This document shows, piece after piece, positions 9,903 through 19,683 of a DNA stretch of 64,000 nucleotides (its first letter is position 1; each line of letters starts with the position of its first letter). The DNA comes from Clostridia bacterium. GTDB lineage: Bacteria; Bacillota; Clostridia; Oscillospirales; Acutalibacteraceae. Location: the NCBI GenBank assembly GCA_017461005.1, contig JAFTZU010000029.1:750-64749 (forward strand). Reading direction: 5' to 3'. The translations under genes and the position numbers were made by a program. A model generated the notes under the pieces. The model saw only the letters and a list, made by a program, of their open reading frames with translations. It was not told the origin of the DNA and did no database searches.

Positions 9903-11140
9903 ACGAACGTACGAAGCAACAGCTCTGGCGGCTCCTGCTGCTGGGCCTTTCCGTGCTGGTCCTCGTCTACTTCGTCTACCAGTTCTACCAGGCGGCCCAT
10001 GAGTCGGTCCGGACCGAAGTGGCCCGCCAGTCGACCGTGAAGGACACCGTCGACACCGACCTGTTCGTCGTTCGGGACGAGAGTTTCCTCGAGACCACGT
10101 CGGACGGCATCCTCATCCCGCTGGTCTCGTCCGGCTCCCGCGTGGCGGCCGGCGAAGGCGTCGTCGCGGTCTTCGACAGTGAAGCGGCCGCGTCCCGTTA
10201 TGCTGAACTGAACAAGGTCGAGGAGAACCTCGCCCGCTACAACCGGCTCAACCAGCAGAAGGGCACCTATGCCGTCAACCTGAACGCGCTCGGCAAGCGG
10301 ATCTCACAGGACGTCATCGACCTCGCCGAGATGGTCGACAGCGGAGACCTCACCGACATGCAGGGACAGGTCTATGACGTGCGCGACCAGATCCTCGCGC
10401 GGCAGATCGCCACCGGGGAGACCGTCGCCCTCGACAACAAAGTGACCGAGCTCACGAGCCGGCAGAAGTCCCTGTCCAACAAGGCGGACGGATATGACAC
10501 GCTGGTCTCCGAGAACTCCGGATTCTTCATCGACAGCGTCGATGGTTACGAGCTTGCAACAAAATATGACAAGGTCTCGAAGCTGACGCCGGAGGACATC
10601 GAAAAGCTCCTGAAGTCCGACCCTGACGAGGTCTCGGACAAGGTCATCGGCAAGGTCTCGACGAACTTCGACTGGTACCTGCTCTGCTCGCTCGACGCGG
10701 ACACCGCGAAGACCCTGAAGAAGGGGGAGACCGTGACCATCGACCTGCCCTATTCCGCGGTCCGCTCGGTCACCGCGACCGTGGCCTCGAAGAGCAAGGC
10801 CGACAAGAAAGACAATGTGGCTGTCGTCTTCAAGTGTAATCGCATGAATTCGTACATCGCCTCACTGCGGAAGGAAGAGGGTCAGATCATCCTGAAGACC
10901 TACACCGGCCTGAAGATCCCGACCGACGCGGTCCGGACCAGTGCGGACGGCAAGGAAGGCGTCTATGTGCTGGAGGGGAACATCGCCCGCTTCAAGCAGC
11001 TGAGAACGGTCTACAGTGAAGACGATTACATCATCTCCAGCGAGACCCCGCAGGAAGGGGAAACGGGAGACTATGTGTCTCTGTACGACGCAGTCATTCT
11101 GGGAGGCAAAGACTTATATGACGGAAAAATCGTTAACTGA
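9899..11140 (+). CDS. Membrane-anchored coiled-coil protein, HlyD/membrane-fusion-like (function uncertain)
   Basis: 413 aa. TTG start overlapping the miaA stop behind ggagggg. One N-terminal TM helix, then long helical and beta regions. GC3-rich coding signal. Confidence 0.6.
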   Translation: MNERTKQQLWRLLLLGLSVLVLVYFVYQFYQAAHESVRTEVARQSTVKDTVDTDLFVVRDESFLETTSDGILIPLVSSGSRVAAGEGVVAVFDSEAAASRYAELNKVEENLARYNRLNQQKGTYAVNLNALGKRISQDVIDLAEMVDSGDLTDMQGQVYDVRDQILARQIATGETVALDNKVTELTSRQKSLSNKADGYDTLVSENSGFFIDSVDGYELATKYDKVSKLTPEDIEKLLKSDPDEVSDKVIGKVSTNFDWYLLCSLDADTAKTLKKGETVTIDLPYSAVRSVTATVASKSKADKKDNVAVVFKCNRMNSYIASLRKEEGQIILKTYTGLKIPTDAVRTSADGKEGVYVLEGNIARFKQLRTVYSEDDYIISSETPQEGETGDYVSLYDAVILGGKDLYDGKIVN

Positions 11141-11852
11141 GTACCGGGAAGCCCGGTGCCGGGACATCGAAGACAACATCAAAGAGATCCGTGACAACAT
11201 CGCGGAAGCGGCCATCCAAAGCGGCCGGAGCCCCGAAGACGTGCACCTGATGGCAGTCACCAAAACGGTGGAACCCTACTTCATCAACCACGCGCTCCAC
11301 TGCGGCATCGACCTCATCGGTGAGAACCGGGTCCAGGAATTCCTCGGGAAGAAACCGGACCTCGACCTCGACGGCGTCGACTGCCACCTCATCGGCCATC
11401 TGCAGACCAACAAGGTCCGGCAGATCGTCGGGGAAGTGTCGACCATCCAGTCGGTGGACAGCCTCAAAGTGGCGAAGGAGATCTCGAAACAGTCCGTGAA
11501 GAACGACCTCGTGACGAAGATCCTCCTCGAAGTCAACGTCGGGGAAGAAGAGTCGAAAAGCGGCATGCCCTACGAGGCGGTAGCGGACCTCCTGCCGGAG
11601 ATCGCGGAGCTTCCCGGCCTGTCTGTAGAAGGCTTCATGGCCATCCCGCCCATCTGTGAAGATGAGGTTATCCTACGGGGTTATTTTTCGAAAATGAATC
11701 AACTCTATGTTGACATGAAGGATAAAAATATAGATAATATTAATATCAATACCCTCTCAATGGGCATGTCTGCCGATTACGTGCAGGCGATTCTCGAGGG
11801 TTCTACTTTGGTAAGAGTCGGTTCCAGCCTGTTTGGAGCCAGAGTTTACTGA
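11118..11852 (+). CDS. yggS: YggS/YlmE-family pyridoxal-phosphate homeostasis protein
   Basis: Start at ATG 11118 behind gggagg. HLMAVTKT (PLP lysine), HLIGHLQTNK, and C-terminal LSMGMSADYVQAILEGSTLVRVGSSLFG. Confidence 0.92.
   Translation: MTEKSLTEYREARCRDIEDNIKEIRDNIAEAAIQSGRSPEDVHLMAVTKTVEPYFINHALHCGIDLIGENRVQEFLGKKPDLDLDGVDCHLIGHLQTNKVRQIVGEVSTIQSVDSLKVAKEISKQSVKNDLVTKILLEVNVGEEESKSGMPYEAVADLLPEIAELPGLSVEGFMAIPPICEDEVILRGYFSKMNQLYVDMKDKNIDNININTLSMGMSADYVQAILEGSTLVRVGSSLFGARVY
11710..11738 (+). promoter_or_regulatory. Near-consensus sigma70 promoter inside the 3' end of yggS, facing sepF
   Basis: TTGACA (11710-11715), 17-nt spacer, GATAAT (11733-11738), within an AT-rich patch. Confidence 0.5.
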
Positions 11853-11872
11853 TATCCGGAGGAAGAATTGAA

Positions 11873-12361
11873 ATGGCTAATTTTTTAGATAACATCAAAC
11901 GCATCACCGGTTTCGAACCGGAGGACGATGATTTCGAATACGACATCGACCTGGACGAAGAGTACGAGGAAGAGGAAGAGGAGGAGTATACTCCTGTCAG
12001 ACAGCAGCCCGCTGCTCCCGCCGCCGCACCTTCGGGTCAGGCCAAGAGAGGAAATGTGGTCAACATGCCTTCGAAGACGACGATGCAGGTCGTTCTGGCG
12101 AAGCCGGAGCGTTTTGACGACGCCAGCGCCATCGCCGACCATCTCAACGAGAAGAGAACCGTCGTTCTGAATCTCGAAGCAGCCAACAGAGACGTTGCCC
12201 GCAGACTCATCGACTTCCTGTCCGGTGTCGCCTATGCCAACGCCGGCATGCTCAAGAGAGTTGCCAACAGCACGTTCATCATCACTCCCTACAACGTCAA
12301 CGTGACGGGAGACCTTCTCGATGAACTCGAAAGCAACGGCATGTTCTTCTCGGGCCAGTAA
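11873..12361 (+). CDS. sepF: Cell division protein SepF
   Basis: 162 aa. Acidic N-terminal linker. Conserved core VVLAKPERFDDASAIADHLNEKRTVVLNLE...FLSGVAYA. Confidence 0.93.
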   Translation: MANFLDNIKRITGFEPEDDDFEYDIDLDEEYEEEEEEEYTPVRQQPAAPAAAPSGQAKRGNVVNMPSKTTMQVVLAKPERFDDASAIADHLNEKRTVVLNLEAANRDVARRLIDFLSGVAYANAGMLKRVANSTFIITPYNVNVTGDLLDELESNGMFFSGQ

Positions 12362-12383
12362 TCAATCAGATCGATTTTACAGT

Positions 12384-12417
12384 ATGGGCACACCATCTTC
12401 GGGGTGCCCATCTTTTA
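12384..12417 (+). terminator. Hairpin with T-tract between sepF and divIVA (terminator or attenuator)
   Basis: atgggcacacc / ggggtgcccat stem with one mismatch and a 6-nt loop, followed by tctttt. Confidence 0.6.
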
Positions 12418-12433
12418 CGAAAGGTGAATGAAA

Positions 12434-13411
12434 ATGCTTACACCCAAGGATCTTCAGAACCATCAGTTCCAGTTGTCCGGCCGTAACGGGTACCTCGCCG
12501 CCGATGTCGACGAGTACATGGATGAAGTGTATGCTTCGTACGATCAGATGTTCCGTGAGAACGCGGAGATCGTCCGGAAACTCCAGGTCCTCGCAGACCG
12601 TCTTGCCAAGTACAAAGACGACGAGGAGAACATCCGGAACGCTCTGGTCGAAGCGCAGCGCATGAAGAACTCCATCATCGTGGAAGCACAGCAGAAGGCC
12701 CAGGGCCAGCTGTCGGAAACGGAGGAGAAGATCCGCGCCGCCAGAGAATCCGTCGACGCCCAGTCCGGCGAGATCCTCGACAAGGCTCGTGTCGAGGCCG
12801 ATGAGATCCTGAAAGACGCCCGTGCCGAAGCGGCGGAGATCATCGAGCGCGCCAACAAGAAGGCGACCGATCTTCTGGCCACCGCCGACGCCATCTACGA
12901 GGAAAAAGTCGGTTCCGTCGCGGAAGAAGCCGCGAAACAGGAAGCGTACCTCGAGAAGGTCAAGGTCGAGTCCGCCAAGATCCGCAAGCAGCTGTCGGAC
13001 ACCTACCAGATGCAGATGGAACTCCTTTCCTTCGCACCGGACTTCACGTCGGAAGTCGAACATGTCGAACTGCCGGAAGAGGTCGACGAGACCCCGGTCG
13101 AAGAGACCTTTGTCTCCGGTGAGGAAGTCCTTGGCGAACGTAATTACCAGGAGACCCAGGAACGGCTCGAAGCCGAGGCCAAAGCCCCGGTCGTCGAAGA
13201 ACCGGTCATCTATCCGGAACCGGAAGCAGAGCCGGAAGTCATCGAGGAAGAACCCGTCGAGGAACCGGTCGAAGAGCCGGCAGCTCCCGCGGAACCGGCC
13301 CCCGCACCGGTCGTGGAAGAAGACGACGATGACGGCTTCGGAGACATCGACAAGTACCTGGCCGGCAACAGCTATGAGGACCTCAATGACGGAAACAAGT
13401 ACTTCAAATAA
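12434..13411 (+). CDS. divIVA: DivIVA-domain cell division/polarity protein
   Basis: MLTPKDLQNHQF...GYLAADVDEYMDEV N-terminal DivIVA motif, coiled coil, acidic P/E-rich tail. ATG 12434 is preferred over 12428 on RBS spacing. Confidence 0.9.
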   Translation: MLTPKDLQNHQFQLSGRNGYLAADVDEYMDEVYASYDQMFRENAEIVRKLQVLADRLAKYKDDEENIRNALVEAQRMKNSIIVEAQQKAQGQLSETEEKIRAARESVDAQSGEILDKARVEADEILKDARAEAAEIIERANKKATDLLATADAIYEEKVGSVAEEAAKQEAYLEKVKVESAKIRKQLSDTYQMQMELLSFAPDFTSEVEHVELPEEVDETPVEETFVSGEEVLGERNYQETQERLEAEAKAPVVEEPVIYPEPEAEPEVIEEEPVEEPVEEPAAPAEPAPAPVVEEDDDDGFGDIDKYLAGNSYEDLNDGNKYFK

Positions 13412-13895
13412 GCGAAGCATTCCGAAACTCATCGGCTATTTCATCGCCATGGCGGTACTGGTCCTCCTCGACCAGTGGACCAAAGCCCTCGTGTTACGGG
13501 ATCTGACTGACGGAACGGTGGTCACACCACTGCCGGACCTCCTTCAGTTCCGTTACGTCGAGAACACCGGCGCGGCATTCAGTATGCTGACCGGGAAGAC
13601 CATTTTCCTGTCGGCCGTCACGGCGGTCATCCTGCTCATCGCCATCGTGCTGCTCGCCCTCGAGAAGATCCCGGGCGTGCTCAATCAGGTCGCTGTCGTC
13701 CTGATGGTGGCCGGCGGCATCGGGAACCTGATCGACCGGGTCTTCCGCCACTATGTGGTCGATTTTATCGAAGTTTTATTTACTAAATTTGCAGTCTTTA
13801 ACTTTGCAGACTGTTGTGTTACTATAGGTGCTGTCATCCTGATCCTTTCGACAATTTTGTCATTTGTGAAAGATCTGAAGAGCAGCAGGGACTAG
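13386..13895 (+). CDS. lspA: Lipoprotein signal peptidase II
   Basis: About 169 aa. LDQWTK, VENTGAAFS, GGIGNLIDR and FNFAD motifs. Start is ambiguous (13374 or 13386). Confidence 0.9.
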   Translation: MTETSTSNKRSIPKLIGYFIAMAVLVLLDQWTKALVLRDLTDGTVVTPLPDLLQFRYVENTGAAFSMLTGKTIFLSAVTAVILLIAIVLLALEKIPGVLNQVAVVLMVAGGIGNLIDRVFRHYVVDFIEVLFTKFAVFNFADCCVTIGAVILILSTILSFVKDLKSSRD

Positions 13896-13907
13896 GAGCT
13901 TTTCAGT

Positions 13908-14840
13908 ATGCCGGAACAGAACGTACGCCTCGTCGTCTCTCCCGAACAGGAGGGGCAGCGCGTCGACGTCCTGGTGTCGGAGTCCGTCGAAGAACTGACC
14001 CGAAGCGGCGCCCAGAAACTCCTGGCAGACGGAAACATCACAGTCAACGGAAAAACAGCCGGAAAATCCCTTAAGGTGAAGTCCGGCGACATCCTTGAAA
14101 TCAGTATTCCTGCACCTCTTTCTATCCAGGCAGAGGCGCAGGATATTCCTTTATGTGTGGTCTATGAGGACGAAGACCTGCTGGTCGTGGACAAGCCGAA
14201 GGGCATGGTCGTCCACCCGGCGCCGGGAAACCCCGACGGCACCCTGGTCAACGCGCTCCTCTACCATTGCGGAGACAGCCTGTCCGGCATCAACGGCGAA
14301 GTCCGTCCGGGCATCGTCCACCGCATCGACAAGGACACGAGCGGGCTGCTGGTCGTCGCGAAGAACGACTTCGCGCACGTGGAGCTGCAAAAGCAGATCC
14401 AGGCGCACAGCTTCACCCGGGAGTACCGGGCGGTGGTACACGGGAACTTCAAAGAGGACTCCGGGACCATCGACGCACCCATCGGACGGAACCCGAAAGA
14501 CCGCAAGAAAATGGCGGTCACCACACAGCATTCCCGCGAGGCCGTCACGCACTTTGAAGTGCTCGAGCGGTTTCGGGATTACACCTACATCAAATGCATT
14601 CTTGAGACGGGCCGGACCCATCAGATCCGCGTCCATATGGCCTATAAAGGACACCCGGTAGCGGGAGACCTCGTCTACGGGCCGTCCAACACCCCGAAAA
14701 GCCTGCAGGGACAGTGTCTTCACGCAGGACTCATCGGGTTCATCCATCCGCGCACCGGCGAGTACATGGAGTTCACGTCGGAACTGCCGGAGACATTTCA
14801 GAAATTTTTGCGAGGGCTGGAGAGTACCCGCAGAGAATAA
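13908..14840 (+). CDS. rluD: RluA-family 23S rRNA pseudouridine synthase (RluD-like)
   Basis: 310 aa. N-terminal S4 domain. Catalytic HRIDKDTSGLLVVAK. Classic lspA-rluD synteny. Confidence 0.93.
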   Translation: MPEQNVRLVVSPEQEGQRVDVLVSESVEELTRSGAQKLLADGNITVNGKTAGKSLKVKSGDILEISIPAPLSIQAEAQDIPLCVVYEDEDLLVVDKPKGMVVHPAPGNPDGTLVNALLYHCGDSLSGINGEVRPGIVHRIDKDTSGLLVVAKNDFAHVELQKQIQAHSFTREYRAVVHGNFKEDSGTIDAPIGRNPKDRKKMAVTTQHSREAVTHFEVLERFRDYTYIKCILETGRTHQIRVHMAYKGHPVAGDLVYGPSNTPKSLQGQCLHAGLIGFIHPRTGEYMEFTSELPETFQKFLRGLESTRRE

Positions 14841-14861
14841 ACAGCTGGAGGATTAATCATC

Positions 14862-15719
14862 GTGGACAAGAAATTGAAACGCGAACTGGAAATGCAGGCG
14901 ATCCGCATTCGCATGGCTGTCATCAAAGGCACCTTCAATGCGAAATCCGGTCACCCGGGCGGCTCTCTGTCCGTCTCGGACATCATGGCGTACCTGTATT
15001 TTCACAAAATGAATGTTGACCCGCAAAACCCCGACTGGGAAGACCGGGACCGCTTCGTTCTGTCGAAGGGCCACACCGCACCGGCTCTGTACGGCGCGCT
15101 GGCACTCAAAGGCTTCTTCCCGGAGTCTGAGATCGAACGTCTCAGAAAACCCACTTCCTTCCTGCAGGGCCACCCGAGCCTTCGGATGACGCCCGGCGTC
15201 GACATGAGCACCGGTTCCCTCGGCCAGGGTATCTCGGCTGCCGTCGGTATGGCACTCGGTGCCAAACTTAAGGGCGCAGACTACAATGTCTACACCATCC
15301 TCGGTGACGGTGAGATCCAGGAAGGCCAGGTCTGGGAAGCTGCCATGTTCGCGGCGGCCAAGAAACTCGACAACCTCGTCGCGGTCGTCGACAACAACAA
15401 CCTCCAGATCGATGGCACCATCGAAGAGGTCAACTCCCCGTATCCGATCGACAAGAAGTTCGAAGCCTTCGGCTGGAACGTCATCAACTGTGACGGCCAC
15501 GACTTCGATGAGATCGACGCGGCGTTCACCTTCGCCGACAAAAAGAACGGCAAACCCTCTGTCATCATCGCCAAGACCGTCAAGGGAAAAGGCGTTTCCT
15601 ACATGGAATACGCGGTCGAATGGCACGGCAAGGCTCCCCAGCAGGAGGAGTATGTTGAGGCGATGAACGAACTGGAAGACCGGCTCTCGGAACTCGAGAC
15701 GCTGGCGGCGCAGGAATAA
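14862..15719 (+). CDS. Transketolase, N-terminal subunit
   Basis: 285 aa. GTG start. SGHPGGSLS thiamine-diphosphate motif. GDGEIQEG. Confidence 0.94.
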   Translation: MDKKLKRELEMQAIRIRMAVIKGTFNAKSGHPGGSLSVSDIMAYLYFHKMNVDPQNPDWEDRDRFVLSKGHTAPALYGALALKGFFPESEIERLRKPTSFLQGHPSLRMTPGVDMSTGSLGQGISAAVGMALGAKLKGADYNVYTILGDGEIQEGQVWEAAMFAAAKKLDNLVAVVDNNNLQIDGTIEEVNSPYPIDKKFEAFGWNVINCDGHDFDEIDAAFTFADKKNGKPSVIIAKTVKGKGVSYMEYAVEWHGKAPQQEEYVEAMNELEDRLSELETLAAQE

Positions 15720-15732
15720 GGAGGGAAGAACC

Positions 15733-16680
15733 ATGGCAGATATCATCACCAAAGCGACCCGGATCGGTTATGCAGAAGGTCTCCTGTACCTCGGTGAGAC
15801 CGATGAAAAAGTCGTGGTCCTGGACGCCGACCTCGCCGGCGCCACCCAGACTGCGAAATTCAAACAGAAACACCCCGACCGCTTCTTTGACTGCGGTATT
15901 GCCGAGCAGAACATGATCGGCATCGCTTCCGGCCTGAGCCTCTCCGGCTTCACGGTTTTCGCGAGCTCCTTTGCGATGTTCGCGTCCGGACGCGCCTTCG
16001 AGCAGATCCGCAACTCGGTCGGTTATCCGCACCTGAACGTCAAAGTCGGTGCCACCCATGCCGGCATCTCCGTCGGCGAAGACGGCGCTTCCCACCAGTG
16101 CAACGAGGACATCGCCCTCATGCGTTCCATCCCCGGCATGACCATCATCAACCCGGCGGACGCCGTGGAAGCGAAAGCCGCGACCATCGCCGCCGCCAAA
16201 TATGACGGCCCGGTCTACATGCGCTTCGGCCGCCTCGCGGTCCCGGTCATCTTCGACCGCGACTACAAGTTCGAGTGGGGCAAAGCACAGGTCCTGACCG
16301 AAGGCAACGACGTTGCCATCATGGCCACCGGCCTCATGGTCAACGAAGCGCTGATGGCGGCAGAGCAGTTGAAGAACGACGGCATCCAAGCCCGCGTCCT
16401 CAACATCCACACCATCAAGCCTCTCGATGAGGAATGCGTCATCAACGCGGCCCGTGAGTGCGGCTGTGTCGTGACCGCGGAAGAGCACAACGTCATCGGC
16501 GGTCTCGGCGGCGCGGTCTGTGAGACCCTCTCCGAAAACTGCCCGACGCCGGTCGTTCGCGTCGGTGTCGACGACGAGTTCGGCCGCTCCGGCCCCGCGG
16601 TGGAACTGCTCCACCTCTACGGCCTCGATGCCGCTCACATCGTCGAATCGGCGAAGAAGGCTATCAGCTTGAAAAAGTAA
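15733..16680 (+). CDS. Transketolase, C-terminal subunit
   Basis: 315 aa. FDCGIAEQNMIG pyrimidine-binding motif. RBS aaggaggg. Confidence 0.94.
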   Translation: MADIITKATRIGYAEGLLYLGETDEKVVVLDADLAGATQTAKFKQKHPDRFFDCGIAEQNMIGIASGLSLSGFTVFASSFAMFASGRAFEQIRNSVGYPHLNVKVGATHAGISVGEDGASHQCNEDIALMRSIPGMTIINPADAVEAKAATIAAAKYDGPVYMRFGRLAVPVIFDRDYKFEWGKAQVLTEGNDVAIMATGLMVNEALMAAEQLKNDGIQARVLNIHTIKPLDEECVINAARECGCVVTAEEHNVIGGLGGAVCETLSENCPTPVVRVGVDDEFGRSGPAVELLHLYGLDAAHIVESAKKAISLKK

Positions 16681-16699
16681 AACTTTTCAAACTAAACAA

Positions 16700-16733
16700 A
16701 AACTCCTTAAGTTTACACTTAGGGAGTTTTTTT
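16700..16733 (+). terminator. rho-independent terminator after the transketolase genes
   Basis: actccttaag / cttagggagt stem (one G-U pair) followed by a T7 run. Confidence 0.8.
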
Positions 16734-16853
16734 CATTCTTTATTTACGAATCGGCTGACAGTTGACAGATTTTTGTTCTTCTTTTGTTCGAACAATCGAT
16801 TGTAGAATAAAACTGGTTAGGTATTGCATCGGTATTTGTATTGTGGAGGTGAA

Positions 16854-18059
16854 ATGACCATGCAAGACTTGAAGTACACCCTGTATTTTGAGACCCTGCT
16901 GGAAGAAGCCAACAACGAACTGGTCCGGAAGGCGGTCGAGGAGGGCGACATCGCCCTCGGCTATAACTGCTATTACATCCCGGAAACGCTGTTGAACCTT
17001 CCCGGCACGTTCTCGTCGAGGCTGCGTGCTCCAAACTGTTCGCAGACCCCGATCGGCGACTACTATCTCACGAACCGGAACTGCCCTTATACCCGCGCCA
17101 TCCTGGAGCGTGCCGTAGAGGGGAGTTACAACTATCTGTCTGCGCTGTTCGGAGCCGAGGCATGTTCGGCGATGGAGCGGATGGAAGAGCATTTTGAGCA
17201 GATCGCCCCGGTCAAGCACGACCCGTTCGTGACGACGATCATCGACGCTCCTCTCAAAAGTGACCGGGCAGCGCTCGTGTACTACATGAACGAACTGCGG
17301 GACAAGGTGGTCGCGAAGGTCGCGGAACTGGGCATCGACACGTCTGATGAGGCCCTTCTGGCGGCGATCGAAGACCACAACGAGGTCAGCGCGATCATCA
17401 CCGAGATCGGAGACTTCCGGAAACTCGACAACCCGACGGTCACCGGCTATGAGTTCCATCTCATCCAGCTCGTCAGCGAGGTGTGTCCGCACCGTCTGAT
17501 CCTGCCGTATCTTCGCGAGACGCTCGAAGAGATCCGCAACCGGACTCCGGACCCGGAACCCGCGTTCCGCGCCAGAGTCATCCTGGCGGGTTCCGAGATC
17601 GACGACCCCGAGTTCACCAAACTGCTGGAGTTCTGCGGTGCCCGAGTCGTCGGCGACCGCTACTGCTTCGGGTCGGTCCCGAGCAGAGAACACCTTGACG
17701 TGCGCGACAGTGAATCGCCCTTTGAAGCCATCTGCCGGCACTACCTCGAGACGAACCTCTGTGCGCGATTCATGTCGGAGGACAAGATCGACCAGAGAAC
17801 GGACGTGCTCGAAGCCATGGTCAAAGAGTACAAGGCAGACGGTGTCGTCATCGAGAGCATGAAGTTCTGCGAGTTCTGGAGCTATGACAAGGTCCTGTCC
17901 TCGCATATCCTTTCGGAGGAGCGGGGCATTCCGACCTGCCAGATCGAGAAAGATTACACACTGACCGGTGCCGGTCAGCTGAGGACCCGGTTCCAGGCAT
18001 TCGTGGAGGGACTGGAGATCAAGAGACTCGAAACGACCGGAAAGGGGGCGCAGTCATGA
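16854..18059 (+). CDS. 2-hydroxyacyl-CoA dehydratase family protein (HgdB/BcrC/BadD-like subunit)
   Basis: About 401 aa from ATG 16854 behind ggaggtg. The overall pattern (GYNCYYIPE..., conserved Cys residues, C-terminal ...KFCEFWSYD..., EKDYT) matches the HGD-D family as I recall it. Confidence 0.75.
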   Translation: MTMQDLKYTLYFETLLEEANNELVRKAVEEGDIALGYNCYYIPETLLNLPGTFSSRLRAPNCSQTPIGDYYLTNRNCPYTRAILERAVEGSYNYLSALFGAEACSAMERMEEHFEQIAPVKHDPFVTTIIDAPLKSDRAALVYYMNELRDKVVAKVAELGIDTSDEALLAAIEDHNEVSAIITEIGDFRKLDNPTVTGYEFHLIQLVSEVCPHRLILPYLRETLEEIRNRTPDPEPAFRARVILAGSEIDDPEFTKLLEFCGARVVGDRYCFGSVPSREHLDVRDSESPFEAICRHYLETNLCARFMSEDKIDQRTDVLEAMVKEYKADGVVIESMKFCEFWSYDKVLSSHILSEERGIPTCQIEKDYTLTGAGQLRTRFQAFVEGLEIKRLETTGKGAQS

Positions 18060-19669
18060 AAGAGCGGATCATTTCCTTTATCGACGATAAACTGAAACAG
18101 TTCGACCCCGTCTGGCTCGCGGAGAACGGAAAGGGCGGACAGCGCACTCGTTACCGTGACGACGGTTCCGGCATTGCCCGCTACCGGGAATGGCGCGGGG
18201 TCGAGGACACGTTCCAGGACTACACGGCCTGGCTCAAAAACCTCGGCTACATGGGCGCCATGGTGGCGAAAGACCCGATCAAGGTCATGAAGGGCATCTG
18301 GGAATACCGCTGGATGGGTTCCTTCCTCGCGTCCTTCGCGTTCGTGGACCGCATCTATGAAGGCTACCGGGGGAGAGAACTGGACATCGCCAACATCCAC
18401 GGCAACGCCATCGTCCGCATCCTGACCCTTCGCATCGGTCTCATCCTGCACAACGACAAGCGCCTCGGCGGCGGTGAGATGACCGACAAGATGATCGGTC
18501 TCGACGAGACCATTCCGCCGCTCTTCACGGCCGGCTTCCCGACCCTGAACGCAGAGCCGATGCAGACCATGCCGGAGTTCGTCGTCTGCGATGTCGACCA
18601 GCACCTCGACCCGTACTACATCGACGTGGCGGAGTCCTACGGTCTGGCCCCGGACGTCTGCTCCCGGTGTTCTGCCGAGACCGGTGTTGCCATCGACGAC
18701 GCCTTCCCGGTATTCGGCAAACTGGTCCTCTCGACGAACCAGCCCTGTAACGCGTCCGAAGCGACGTCCATGTTCCAGCGCCGCCGGTTCCATCAGAAGG
18801 GCATCGAGGACTATCCCTTTGTGTTCGCGATGCAGCACAATACGAAAAACGGCAACGAGTATTCGAAGGAAGAGCTGCGCCAGGCCATTCAGAAGATCGA
18901 AGAGGTCTACGACGTCAAATACGACTGGAACGCGCTCTTCGAGAAAGCGAAGAACATGAACCACCAGAACCAGATCGAACTGGAGAAGTGGGAGATCTTC
19001 GCGACCCCGTATTCGCCTCTCTCCGGCATCAACGAGTCTCTGTACAAGCTCGTCGAATGGGCTCTGGTCAACGGCCATGACGAGTACTTCAATGAGATCG
19101 ACGACAAGGTCATCGGCATCATGCGGCAGGCGGTCCGGGACAAGTATGTCCCCTACAAGGGCAAGACCCGTCACAGAGCGTTCCTCTGGGGCCCCTCGGC
19201 GATGTACTACACCGACTTCCCGACATGGGCACAGAACTGCTGGGGCATCGACATCGTCCTCAACATGGACTCGACCATGGGACACAATATGATCGATACG
19301 GAAGACCCGGAACAGGCCCTCGAGGACCTTGCGAAGTTCTCGGAGAAGGGCGTCATGCGACACCATGCCGTCGGTGGCTGGGACAATGTCAACGCCGTCT
19401 GGGAGTGGGCGAACCGGCTCAACTGCGACATGGTCATCTGCAACGACAACGTCGCCTGCAAGGGCATGAACGGTGTCCACGCACTGCTCGAGGAGCAGGC
19501 GCAGCAGCTCGGCTTCCACTTCGTGTTCCTGCCCCATGACCTCGAAGACTGCCGGACCATCCCGCGCAAGGAGATCCGGAAGGCGATCAACGACTACATG
19601 TCGATCGTCATGGGCGAAGAACCGCTCGACGCGACACTCGTCGACTTTGACGACGCGGAAGCCTGGTAA
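18056..19669 (+). CDS. 2-hydroxyacyl-CoA dehydratase family protein, larger subunit
   Basis: 537 aa. ATGA overlap with the upstream subunit. HGD-D-like layout with an extended N-terminus. Confidence 0.65.
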   Translation: MKERIISFIDDKLKQFDPVWLAENGKGGQRTRYRDDGSGIARYREWRGVEDTFQDYTAWLKNLGYMGAMVAKDPIKVMKGIWEYRWMGSFLASFAFVDRIYEGYRGRELDIANIHGNAIVRILTLRIGLILHNDKRLGGGEMTDKMIGLDETIPPLFTAGFPTLNAEPMQTMPEFVVCDVDQHLDPYYIDVAESYGLAPDVCSRCSAETGVAIDDAFPVFGKLVLSTNQPCNASEATSMFQRRRFHQKGIEDYPFVFAMQHNTKNGNEYSKEELRQAIQKIEEVYDVKYDWNALFEKAKNMNHQNQIELEKWEIFATPYSPLSGINESLYKLVEWALVNGHDEYFNEIDDKVIGIMRQAVRDKYVPYKGKTRHRAFLWGPSAMYYTDFPTWAQNCWGIDIVLNMDSTMGHNMIDTEDPEQALEDLAKFSEKGVMRHHAVGGWDNVNAVWEWANRLNCDMVICNDNVACKGMNGVHALLEEQAQQLGFHFVFLPHDLEDCRTIPRKEIRKAINDYMSIVMGEEPLDATLVDFDDAEAW

Positions 19670-19683
19670 GGAGGGGAGTAGTT

